The notes below the pieces were generated by a model, which saw nothing but the letters and a program-made list of their open reading frames with translations, made no database searches and had not been told where the DNA came from. A stretch of DNA of 61,461 nucleotides, counting the filler, from Sphacelaria rigidula (lineage: Eukaryota), in the NCBI GenBank assembly GCA_964200075.2. It is 11 parts of 11 records of this genome, joined end to end, with 100 filler letters (N's around TTAATTAATTAA, not from the genome) between each part and the next. Parts side by side here need not be neighbours in the genome. Positions count along the whole stretch, not along the records: positions 22,389 to 27,885 come from CAXNAA020026849.1; positions 27,986 to 33,481 come from CAXNAA020026850.1; positions 33,582 to 39,077 come from CAXNAA020026851.1; 8 more parts are not named here. One strand, 5' to 3'. Position numbers and translations under genes: made by a program. Position 1 is the stretch's first letter; every line of letters begins with the position of its first letter. Positions 24,104-35,557 of the stretch are shown here, piece by piece.

Positions 24104-26094
24104 TCGCCATCAGCTCAGGAATCTAGCAGGAAAAACATAATTGAAAACGGTTACTACGGCGTCGAATTGTACCCGAAACCATGGTGTTTGTGTGATGTGG
24201 GGTGTCGGCGTCGTCTAATTTCCACTGATGATCCCCAGATCAGGTCGCGCGCTCTATTATATCGGTTATAGACTGGTAGCTTGTAGCGAAGTGATTGAGT
24301 ATTCCATACTTAGATCAAGTGAGGTGACTGAAGTGGTTCAGATCATATCCAGACCTGATCTGTTCAATCTAGATCACTTTTTCGGCGGCCTCATGACAGT
24401 TTCCCTTGTATATGTCGCAGAAAGGCTCAGATCGCCCTCAAACTTAGCAGTTCCGTAGTTATTGATGCTTCAAATGGGGAAAAAAATGTATTCTTGACAA
24501 TATTTAAAAAATTCTCCGTTCTCTACCGGCTTCCGGAGGTCCCAGTGTAAAGACCCCCGGAAGGCGGCTCAGATTGCCTCAAAATAAGGATATTAAAACG
24601 ATGCGTCCCGGGGTAGTCCAATGAGCACGCGAACAAAGTTCTGGGCACAGGACCCATACAGGGGATGATTTTGGATTGACTTGAATAATTTGCGCGAAGC
24701 GCCGTTATGGCCGAGCGTTTGAGAGCGGTACCCGGCAAAAAAAAATGAGGACTTATTGAAAATCAGGCAGAATCTAAAAGATGGGGCATGTCCTGTTTCT
24801 CTGTACTGCAGCACAAGAACACTCACGTCCTCTCTCATATGCTGCAGCTATCGCTGTTTTGTGGTTTGATGAGACCTTGCGAAGTCGGTTTGATCTCCGC
24901 TGGGGTTGCCTGAGCTGATGTGTTGTTGTGTTGGCCTCGGTAGAAAGTGTTGTCAGTCGGAACACAGTGCTGTCTACGCACCGACTGTTGAAAACTTGAT
25001 GGTGTTTTGACTGTTTCGTCTTTCGTCAAGCGAACAAAGCGCTGCCCAGACCCATCATTTGCGCAATATCAAACATGGCTGGGTAATGACACTCAACAAA
25101 CACCGGCATACACCTCTAGACCCGCTGGGCCAGACCCCGTGCTCAGACAGACGGAAGGAGCATCCCACAGCATAGTAGTGCGGATGTACCGCACCGCCAG
25201 TGTAATAACTGCACCCGGCAGCATGGCGGTCGCCGCTGCTGGCATCGGCGCCAGGGCTCACGGTCGCGGAAAGACGCAACCAGCCATACTAGGATGGGGA
25301 TACACCGATACACGAGCATCGTAATGACCCCCCGCGGCGTCAATTCACCACTCGCTGTCTGCTCGTCTGCCTACTGCTTCGTTCCTCGGTTGCTGCTCTA
25401 TCCGTCCTGGCGCGATTGTTCGTTCATGTACTGTAGTACGTACACTGCAGATGCAACTCAAGTCTGCGAGCCAATCACAAGCATTTGTCACTACGTAACT
25501 CACTACAAAGGTCGCATTCATTGGCGCTAGAATCCGCCGATTCCTTTCTTGAAGGGCCTCTGATTCAGTAGACCTAAAGCTTTGGGGGTATATGTACGAT
25601 TCGCAGCATGACTACTTGATTTTAGACTTGAGAAAGTTCTGAGAGAATGTAAGGTTTGGGGTAGGTAAACAGTGGATCCAGGTCGTCCAGAACGTGTTTT
25701 GGTCGAAATCGGCTCCTGCGGCGTCGATTTGAGGTCTGCCATCGCACCCTTTGCCTAGGAGAACCTATGCACCCCCCTTGCCCGAGGATCTCGTACGCCT
25801 TGGGTCGGCGTTAGGGTAAGGTTTAGTGTTAGTGGCAGTTCGAACAAAATCAACCATAGGTTAACACATCCAAAACTTTAGGTCGCCTCCTCTGATTCGT
25901 TGGATTCTCCATTTCACTAAGATATCATATTCCCATGTATGGGCGTTGTGCCAAAAAAAAATTCCGAGAAACTCGAAAACCTCATGCAGTTTTCTCGCCT
26001 TGACCGTAAATACATTCCAAAAAAGACGTTTTCGTACTAAGAGCAAGTAGTTGGGAGTTTGCATGGTTCAAGCTCACGTCATCGAGCGAACGCG

Positions 26095-27260
26095 CGAAAT
26101 TTCACACCGTTTTTAGGAGTTGGAACCTGAAACTTTGCACAAATGTGCTGTGGGTCATTACGCAACTATCGATGGACGAGATATTTGTTTATTTTTCTTC
26201 ACTTTTTTACCGTTTTGGGAGGGTCCGACGGGATCCAAGTTTCCTAAAAAAACGTGGGACCCCGAAAAAGACAGAAGCTCAAGAAGTAAAAAAACCTCGA
26301 CCGTCGATAGTCGTGTAATGACCGAGGGGCCCCATGTCGGGAAATGGCTGCACCACCGCTCCCCAGGCCGCAAAAACCTCATTCTGGGGTTAGAGGAGAG
26401 GGAGGGGGAGGTACCCGATTTCATGGCGATAGTTGCTGCACTGCACCGGACGTGTATTAATCTCACGCACAGGGTATGAGTCATACTCTTTGATCTCACA
26501 TTAATTACATTTCATAACTCCCGCTACCTGGATGTTGGATACTCCTTTTCGCCACACCACATCCACGACGTACCCCTTTGCAACCTCTCCCTCTCTTGTG
26601 TCGCAGTGCAGCATGACTTGCGGTATGTAGATATACGCGTTGTATGAAAACGGCTGTCTGCCCAAACGCGGGCGAAGTGCGTAATCATCTGCAATTCACA
26701 TATTGTGCATGTCTATAATATCAGAACATTTTCGTGTCGGCTGTTAACACTGAACAGTCGACTCACTGCATGTGCATTTCAGTCATCCAGTAGCAGTACA
26801 AAACCGTTCGTCGTGCACCGCCCTCCTCAGCATGGCGGCCGTATCACTGCCATAGTGCCAAGTCGGTAACAACCGGTCTTGCAAAAGCTAGCGGGACTCA
26901 ATATTCAATATCCAGTGATCACCGCGACTCAGAAGTCATTTTCCCGCCGGCAAATTTCTCCCCGATGGCCACAAGAACGACTGGCACACCTAAACTCCTC
27001 GGTTTTCGGCTGGCTCACGTTGAGGCGAACCCGGAGATATCTGAATGATCGTTCAATTCCGTATACTAGTGAAGATATGGGGAAAAAAAGGTTTTCCCCA
27101 AATTGATGTGGTCTTTTCCTCATTCTCGACCGCGGGGGGGGGAGGGGGGGTTGGCGGTGGTGCAGCCATTCCCCGATATGGAGCCCCTCGTGATGACTCA
27201 TAGCAAAATTGTGCAAAATTTCAGTGTCTAACTCCTAAAAACGGCGTTAAAATTTACGGA
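26095..27260. repeat. Family P1 palindromic repeat interrupted by a nested insertion
   Basis: Left arm 26095-26167 and right arm 27190-27260 are homologous to 408-478 and 618-689. Confidence 0.8.
26324..27189. mobile_element. Non-autonomous Mutator-like (MULE) element, 866 bp
   Basis: 36-bp TIRs GAGGGGCCCCATGTCGGGAAATGGCTGCACCACCGC (3 mismatches); 9-bp flanks gtaatgacc / gtgatgact (7/9); removing it restores the P1 structure. Confidence 0.8.
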
Positions 27261-27681
27261 TGAGTGTTTTAGGTTGATTAGCGTGAATCAAACAGAATAC
27301 TGCGGTCTTCGATCTCTTCTCACGAGAAGATCGGTGTTTATAGGGAAAAAAGCGACTGAAATTCGCGTTTTTTGTTCAATCAATGATCTTTGCCGTATGT
27401 GCACTGTATATACACTGTATGTACAATACTGCCAGCAATGCTTACCGTTACTATTATATCAGCTCTTAGCAATCTTTGCTCATCATTCCGCCCCAAGTCG
27501 ACTCGACTCATGATACCATCTACCATGTGCACAATCAGACATTGAGACAATCAGACATTCTCCCTACCGTCTGGAAGTCGCGTACAGTAGATTCGTTGAA
27601 TATATTGACCCTCCTTTTTTTTCTCTCTTTTTGCTGCAAATTATCTGGATCATGACCATCATGATGCATAACATCGAAAAG

Positions 27682-27821
27682 GTTGGGCTGGCCGTGGACT
27701 CCAAGGGTGATGTTGCGCTAGCGGGGCACGTTCTGGACACAGACGGGGTGAGGGTGGACGGGCGTAAGGATGCTATCGTCATGAAGCTAGCCTCAGAAGA
27801 TGGTAAAACGCTGTGGACAAG
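27682..27821 (+). CDS. Beta-propeller (SBBP-like) repeat protein exon
   Basis: VGLAVDSKGDVALAGHV...GRKDAIVMKLASEDGKTLWTR fits the AVDxxGxVxxAG...DxxVxKLxxxxGxxLW blade consensus; GTGAGC donor. Confidence 0.75.
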
Positions 27822-27885
27822 GTGAGCGGCGAGCAGGTTGGAGATGTAGGAGAGGGGGGGGGGGGGGGGGGTCCCCATAAACATG

Positions 27886-27985
27886 NNNNNNNNNNNNNNN
27901 NNNNNNNNNNNNNNNNNNNNNNNNNNNNNTTAATTAATTAANNNNNNNNNNNNNNNNNNNNNNNNNNNNNNNNNNNNNNNNNNNN
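27886..27985. other. Artificial contig linker
   Basis: Same 100-bp spacer. Confidence 0.99.
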
Positions 27986-28407
27986 ACCCTCAATGAAAAT
28001 CTCCATCCTCAACATAGATGATCCGCTGTTAAAAGCAAAGCACAGAAATAAATGACCGATCTAAAACAAAAATTGAAATACAAAGAAAATAATAGAGCAA
28101 AAAAAAGGAGACGGGAAAAATCCTGGGGATCCTGGGCAGCAGAGTGTATACAGACACACACCAGTCAGTGGGCACCGCAGAGCCACAAACTACGGGCATA
28201 ATCAACAACCGATATGAGTAGGCAGGATTATTCGATTGACGGTCCTCGACGCAGCAGCCTCTCGTTTGTGACAGTGGTCTGGTTCTCGTTTGTCCGCGCG
28301 TCGCCACGTGTCCTCGAGCCCTTCCGCTCCTTTTGCGACTCCAATATACCATTTTTGCCCATCCATGTTCTTCGCCGCAGTTACAAACATGGCCATCTTG
28401 AGACCTG

Positions 28408-28516
28408 ACGGCGAAAATGAACATCTCACAGGATCACCTTTGAATCGAACGGCAAAACCAAACATCTCACGTGACCACCTTTGAACCGGACTGCAAAAAC
28501 GAAAACATCACACACG
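28408..28516. repeat. 41-bp tandem repeat, ~2.6 copies
   Basis: Units start at 28408, 28449 and 28490 (acggcraaa..aacatctcac...cacctttgaa). Confidence 0.8.
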
Positions 28517-28565
28517 CGGCCATTTGGCTCACCTCTTCGCCCCTCTAGAATGGTACTTTGTTTTG

Positions 28566-29030
28566 CCCTCTGGAGCAAGGACAACCCCCCTGTTCCCTCC
28601 AGAGGGCATCCACGGAATCCCTCTGGAGGGACGGCGAGCCTCCAGGATGATAAATTTCGCTGCCCTCTGGAGGGACGACTTCCCCACTGTACCATCCAGA
28701 GGGCATCCACGGAGTCCCTCTGGAGGGACGGAGAGCCTCCACAATGGCAGGCTTTGCTGCCCTCTGGAGGGAAGACTTCCCCCCTGTTCCCTAAAGAGGG
28801 TATTTACGGAGTCACTCTGGAGAGACGGCGAGCATCCAGAATCGTCAGTTTCGCCACCCTCTGAGGGGAGGACATCACCCCTGTTCCCTCTAAAGGGTAT
28901 TTACGGAGTCACTCTGGAGGGGGGGAGCGAAAAAGGCGAACCTCCAGGCGGGTAGGTTGCACTGTCCTCTGGAGGGAGGGGATCACTTCCAGTTCACTCT
29001 AGAGATACAGAACACGCCTCTAGAAGGGCG
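28566..29030. repeat. 97-bp tandem array built from CCCTCTGGAGGG quasi-palindromes
   Basis: Unit starts at 28566, 28663, 28760, 28857 (97-bp period) and 28965; three 12-mer motifs per unit in alternating orientation. Confidence 0.9.
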
Positions 29031-30029
29031 AGGGGTGGACAATGCTCTGGAGGCGAAAGGGGAGCCAAGACTCTAGCGGGATGTCGACCCCCTACATCCC
29101 GTAGGAGGCGGAGGGCATGAGCAAACCCTCCACAGGAGTTGAGGGCGCCCCACAGAGGCCAATGGCATGGTATTAGATCCTCTGCGCGATTATATGACCC
29201 CCTGACACAACAGGAGGGACATATCAATGTAATTTATTCTTGTGAGATGAGAGTGGAGGATACGATTGATCATGAGAAGCGGTCAATTAATGAATGATTC
29301 GTTCAATTCCGAGATGTCCCTACATGAGGCCCGATACGCTTTATCATGCAGTAGATTGCCACCAAAGCCCTCGAAACCTCTGAGGAGGATATCGACTTGT
29401 AGCTGGAAGCACACTCCAGTGCTACCAGCAAAGAAAAGCACACACCAAATGAAACATAGGTAAAGCTACAGTGAATGATAAAACCCACTTTCGATCAACG
29501 ATCTCTCAATCTCACGAGCACATAATCACACTGTTGTCCACGGGCGGAATACTTGTGCACGAGCCCACTCGAGAGCCCGCCCCCATAAGATGGAATGCGG
29601 CGCCACCCACCCACAATTCGACGATTTGCTTTTTATGCAGAGAGATAACAAGTATTCAGAACCTGCGCACCCCAAGAAAAAAGAAACACAACACCTTCAA
29701 CAAGACAACTGCTGCCGTGTAACGTTGGCAAACAAGGGATACACCCAGGAGGCCAGCGCCACTAATGAAATGACTCATTCGAACATATGCATTGGCCCTA
29801 TCCCGACAAAAGTCAGACCGAAACCTGCTGACCATCGAAATGAGCTCGAGTCTCCAGGCGCCTATGTCGGTTCACGCGCATCAAAGTCCGTGCGGCATTA
29901 AAAATCCCGACAGTGACTTCCGTCATACTGAGAGTGAATAGGAAAGCATATGCCAGTCTTGCCTCCTCCCCCCCTCATTTTTTTCCCGTTCCCATCGCCA
30001 TGCAACCTTTCGCCTCAGGCCGCTTCCTG

Positions 30030-30477
30030 TAACAGACAACGAAAACAAAACTGGAAAAATATAGTCTTCTTGGAGCTTCGACGTCGGTTTACTCTCTAGA
30101 AGAGAGCTAGGCGGAGTTTGACATCTTGGAATGACTTGCTCTACTAGTTGAGGCGGTTCCAGGATATCTCCCCGTTTTCCCGTGGCCGTAGTTGTTATGT
30201 TGGCCAAATGAGATTTTTTGTCCAAGAACGGTCAAGTCCAGAGAAAAGTGGCGATTTTTTCAAGATTTGACTGTTTTTGACCATTCTTGGACATAAATTC
30301 TTGTGTGGCCAAATTAAAACTGGCGGCCAGCGGAAAACGGGAAGATGCCCTGGAACCGCTTCAACGAGTAGAGCAAGTCACTTCAAGGTGTCAAACTCCG
30401 CCTGGCTCTCTTGTAGCGCGTAAAACGACGTAAAAGCTTCAAAAGGCACTTCTTCAGATTTTATTCTTGTCTGTTAA
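30030..30477. mobile_element. Family P2 foldback element, diverged copy
   Basis: ~200-bp imperfect arms; gacatcttggaatgacttgctctact (30120-30145) and agtagagcaagtcacttcaaggtgtc (ending 30392). Confidence 0.85.
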
Positions 30478-30586
30478 TTTATAAATTGTGGCCTCACAAA
30501 ATAAATTTCCACGACAGAAGGGTCGTCACAAAAAAAAGGTATTCTGCGGCGAGGCCGGCGTTTGCCTCTCTACCCAGTTAACTCGA

Positions 30587-30762
30587 CTATGCGCCTCTTT
30601 TATCAACCGGACCCCCCTGCTGGTCGCCTCCCTCGCCGGCATACTCGTCGTTCTCTACGTTCACTTAGTCGCCGGAGTTTGCTTCGTCGACGATATCCTT
30701 CGCGTTCTGTTTTTCGCCATCGCCGGTCTCTTCGTCAGTCTTGTCGCCGGCCGACCCGTCAT
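30587..30762 (-). pseudogene. Acidic exon-like segment with in-frame TAA
   Basis: ctcag acceptor; DGSAGDKTDEETGDGEKQNAKDIVDEANSGD*VNVENDEYAGEGGDQQGG; coding-like composition continues past the stop. Confidence 0.4.
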
Positions 30763-32008
30763 CTGAGGGCACGTGCATGCCCTGGAGGCACACTGACGAG
30801 GGATATTGGTGACATGTTCGAATGGTATGGTAAGAGCGCCTCCCCTAACGTGCACCATATTGTGACGGTGTGTTTTAACCCCCTATTCGGTTACCGTTTG
30901 TTGTTTTAGAGGGCGCTACAACTTCTCGGAAGACGACAATTCTACTGTTTTTGAAAGCTATTTATGGGAGCTACGCTCTAATGTGAAAATATGGATAGTA
31001 TGCAGCATCTACGAGCCCTTTCCGATTCTGTAAGAAGTGACGACGCCAAGAAATTAGCCTAGGACACACTAAAACCCGCTAACAAGGTCTTTCATCTTCA
31101 TCAATGGCATCTGCGCCAAATGACAAGGGTTATACCGTACGTTTATTTGTCGTGCAGTCGGGTAGGAGATGTAATTCGCATTTTTATTACGGTCACTCTG
31201 TGCGCGGGGTAACAAAAGATGATGGGAGATGTTTGATATTTTCGCCACCGCTACACCGAGGGGCGATGGGGGGGGGGGAGCTACTCGGTATTTATGAGGA
31301 AAAAACTGACAACAGACGAGGCACCTTCGCTGAAAAAGCCGTTGCCCAAACGTTTATAGGAGTAAATATTATTTAAGGGGAAAAAATGTAGGGGAAAACA
31401 ACTAGACCCCGCGCGCTTCTGCTGAACATTATCAAAGAGACACCGAAAACATTGGCCTGCCACAGATAGTAGTAGTGCCTTAAATGGTAGGGGGGGTCGA
31501 CAATAGAGAAGCGGTCGACAGAGGAACCTTGACGGGAGAGGGAAATTGAGAGCGACAGAGAGCACCAGGAAGTAACTCCAAGGCAGAGAAGAAATACCAC
31601 TACACGAGGGCAGCTGCTGCTATGCCCGCCCGCCAAACTACTGAACGTTACAAAGCACCTCTTCGCTGTGAGGGGTTCTAGGCACGCGCTTTTGAGGCAT
31701 TCCCTCTCTTTCCTCCTGTTAAGCCCGTGATCCATCCGCACGCTCTGCGAGGGCAACATATAGCACTGAAACACGCAACCGCATGTACTACTGCAGAGAA
31801 ATATATATATATATATATATGCGCGCGGGAAAAACTGCTGATGCTGTACTTGCGCACATCACGCCACGCCAGGGATTGAAAATGAAAATAAAGTAAACCC
31901 GTCTTCCATACCAACCACATAAGACCGTCCCTACACGCCCCAACACGCACGCATCGTCGACTGCGGGATAACGGTAGCGTCAGCTGAAACGTTTGATGAA
32001 ATACTCAC

Positions 32009-32125
32009 CGATCATCTAGGACAGGATGCTTGCACTGCGTGGACTTTCGTCACGGCGTCAGCATCCATGGCCAGGAGGAACGCCACCAGGCGGCTCTCCA
32101 CGTACACGGCGGCGCAGAACGATTC
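32009..32125 (-). pseudogene. Exon-like segment with in-frame TGA just before a GTGAGT donor
   Basis: tgtag acceptor; ESFCAAVYVESRLVAFLLAMDADAVTKVHAVQASCPR*S; stops in all three frames. Confidence 0.35.
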
Positions 32126-33372
32126 CTACATTCCGGTTGGACAATACCCCAATCTGACTCTTCCTCGCTAGGGGATGATGACTCTCCGTGTACATGACGC
32201 CGCTTCACATCCTCAGTATCTTCGAAACGATAAAAACAAGATGCGGAAAGATGGAACCCGGGCGATTATGATCGGGGATTCACTTTTTCATACGGTTGCG
32301 ACAAATCATACAGAACCGGATATCTACGACGACACATCTAAACGTTTCCGACAACCTAGTGGCGGCAAAAACCGTCCGAGGCTAACTTTTAGCACAGTGT
32401 GACGATAAATCCCAATTCCTGGAAAAATTGGACAGTATTCACCCCGGTCGGGCTCCAAAGCACTGTGTGCCCCGCAGATGCTTGGCAGAGTTGGAAAGTT
32501 GGTAGGTGCTGAGATTTGCAATATGGCGTGAGAGCATCGGGGGCAAAGAAGTGATAAGATGATCTTTCTTTTGACGCTATATTTGATGATTCGAGACGGG
32601 ATCGTGATGCCATACGACGGTACATTTACCGTGGTGAACATTTCCCCCTTTACTTGGTACCATTTTTTGCAGAGACCGCAAGCGCGAACATGGCGGTATT
32701 TTTTCGATGATATCGCAACATGGCGGGCGATTCATCAGCGGTACACAGATTATTTTCAGTGTGACGTTAACGTGAGTAGTATACTCAAACGTGGCGGTCA
32801 TTTTGCGATGTAAGCGGTTTTCAGCTTTCGACATTACCATGAGTAGCAAAGGAAATTTGAAAGGTATGTTGGGTCGGGTAAATACCCGGGTGTTCCCTGT
32901 CCCGAAGTTTGTGTTGCGATGGTTCGTTATCCAAACTCTACCCAATGTCTGCATTTGCCAATATTCGTATGGGGTAGAGTAAGGTACGATCGTTATACTC
33001 TGCCCAATATCTGTGTTGCTGAGTACGATCTGACTAGTCTACTCGAGGTTTGGGTACTTAGAATAGGATTTTTCGTCAGGGTACTTGGAATATGATATTT
33101 TCGAGATACCCAAATGCGGGAAAAATCATCAAAACTACAATAGCACAACATCACCACCTTCCAAGCTATGTGCGGGAACACACGCACAGTATGCAGCTCA
33201 ACACAATCGAAGTATAATTATTAGCTATGGTGGAATAAAACGACCAAGTACCTTACCACGAACAACAACCCTTCAACAATCTCCTTGCCCGCCCCAACCG
33301 AAGTATTCCACGCCATTCGCAGATAGATAGTCAAACGTCAAATCAACACTGCAGATTGACGCATGTGACGGT

Positions 33373-33481
33373 TTAAGAGACAACCAACTAGACTACTGAC
33401 CAGTCAGCGTGACGCTGACTGGTCAGTAGTCTAGTTGGTTGTGTCGCTGACTAATCAGTAGTCTAGTTGGTTGTCTCTTAA
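33373..33481. mobile_element. Small palindromic MITE bounded by TTAA
   Basis: ttaagagacaaccaactagactactga ... tcagtagtctagttggttgtctcttaa; internal perfect 31-bp hairpin 33380-33410 / 33412-33442. Confidence 0.7.
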
Positions 33482-33581
33482 NNNNNNNNNNNNNNNNNNN
33501 NNNNNNNNNNNNNNNNNNNNNNNNNTTAATTAATTAANNNNNNNNNNNNNNNNNNNNNNNNNNNNNNNNNNNNNNNNNNNN
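33482..33581. other. Artificial contig linker
   Basis: Same 100-bp spacer. Confidence 0.99.
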
Positions 33582-33840
33582 TGAGTTGACGCGGTGCGGG
33601 AATGCTGACCTAATCCGCGAGACCAAAACGAAAGGCGCGTACCGGGGGAGAGATGGGTTGATCCCTCGACACCACGGACTCATCCCAAGGAAGGGGAGGG
33701 GTTCAAAGTTTGAGGAGAAAGAAAAAAACTCTAAACCGCTCGTCCGGGCGAATCCGTGCGGTACTTGACTCTCGCTTGCCTGACATTTTGGTGACGCGGA
33801 GTGGATCATGACCACCACACTCGCATCGCGTTGGTGCCCG
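33582..33840 (-). mobile_element. 5' half of the longer SINE-like family (cut by contig start)
   Basis: 33582-33720 matches 3955-4100; the minus strand beyond it has degenerate A/B-box-like GTGTGGTGG ... GAGTCAAGTACC. Confidence 0.55.
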
Positions 33841-34288
33841 TCGACTCATCGTTACTGGCGGCGTCCTCTCGATTTTGACGATGGAAAATCATTTTTTGCT
33901 GTAAGAACCCCGGGTCTGTCTGGATTTGAACCTGATGCCTTCTGCTGTTAGCGGCGGCATACGTTGTGCTGCGACCAGCTGTGCTTTGGCGTCTCGTCTT
34001 TGCCTCTGTAAGGTTATGCTCCATACCCCACGTCCTGAGCATGTCCAAAGTAGCGTACTTCCTGTGTTGAAATACTGGTATATTTTCCCTATTCAGTGGT
34101 CCACAGTAGTTTGTGGACAGGCGATGTTCCATCTCCATTGATCCCGAGTGGTATTGGTGTTGTCGATGAGATGGTCTACGGTTTTATCCTCGCTGGAATA
34201 GCCCGCACGACTCCATTTATTCACCCGGCGGTACGGTAAAATTCAATCCCCCCGCTCCCCCGCTCCCCCCCTCTTCCCCCGCCCAAAG

Positions 34289-35273
34289 GCAAACCTCTCA
34301 GCCCGGGATCAGTCAAGACGTCGGCGCGGTTTCACCAAGACTCGACGCGGGTCCCGCCGCGAGCGCAGCGACGCCGGGGGTCTCCAGTAAAACACTCGCG
34401 AGGGAAGTAAAGCCGCTCTCTACCCCAAAGGTCGACCCCAAACTAGCTGGCGCAAAGCGGACCAACGACAAGAAGGGGGAGGGTGCCGAGGAGCGAATAA
34501 AGAGAGAAGTCGACGCGGCGGCGCCGCCCGGCGTTGCTGCCCGAACGCCGGCGTCACCCGCGGCTCCGTCGGAAACGGTGGCGGCGGCGCGTACGAAAAA
34601 GGGACCTAGCACACCGAGCCACGAGAAACGTCGCCACGGCAACAACAGGGGTACAAGAGGCAAGGATTGTAGTGGCCACTTGTCGAGGAGCGAAAAGAGT
34701 ACGAGGGTAGCGACGGGAAAAGTAGAAAAAGGCGCCGCGGCCGCGGCGGCGGTGGCAGCGTTGGCGGGAAGGACAGCGTCTTCGCGTGCAATTCAACAGG
34801 CGTCATCCTCCCCTGGTGGCAACGCCGCCACTGCTGCTGCTAAGCCAATCCTCGGGAGTCCCAGTCGTGTAGCGGTTTCGATGATGTTACCACCACCGGC
34901 CCGCGGCCATCAGCCGGCTGCGCCGCCGTCGCCGTCATTTGCAATGTCTTCCGTTCCTGCGGCACACGGCGGCGGCAGCAACCCCTCTACTCCCGTGGAC
35001 TCGAGGCCGAACTGCACTCCCCGTTTTGGCAACGGGACTCCCAGGATGTCGGTCACCCCCCAGCGATTACATCACAATATGCAGAAAGCCGCGGCGGCGG
35101 GGTCGGGGCATGGAGGTAAGGACCGGGGCCGGGGGAGAGAGAAAGGGAGAGACTCCAGAGGGTCCAGAGGGTCTTCAGCACCCCCCATGGAGGGGGCGAG
35201 AGTTGCCGCGCCCGGGATCGATGGGATTGGCGCGGGCATTGTCTCTTCGTCTGATCTCGTCACCTCTGTTCAG
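34289..35273 (+). CDS. Large low-complexity (Ala/Gly/Ser/Pro-rich) protein, exon
   Basis: C-rich tract plus aaag acceptor; stop-free frame QTSQPGISQDVGAVSPRL...SSDLVTSVQ; CAG|GTGGGG donor, phase 0. Confidence 0.8.
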
Positions 35274-35557
35274 GTGGGGGTGCGGTCTGGCAAGAAATGT
35301 GGCGGGGGTGGTGGTGCGGGAGGTGATGCAATTGGTCGTGGGCCCCTTTGATTTCTGGTCATACCTTTCTTGAAACTGCAGTGTTATCTCCTGGAGTTGC
35401 CGCAGCTTGAGGCTCGTGTTTGCGCTCAATTCACACCGAAGGTACAAAGTTCCACCGTAAATAAGCACTACCGTAATATACTCCACCACGCCCACAAGAG
35501 CATTTTTAACTTCAACCAGTTTTCACCCCCCGTTCAAAACGTTGTTTCTCACGACAG

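Noticed and set aside
28566..29030. Palindromic repeats resembling a CRISPR array
   Set aside because: The sequences between motifs are homologous between units rather than unique spacers, no cas genes are present, and the context is eukaryotic.
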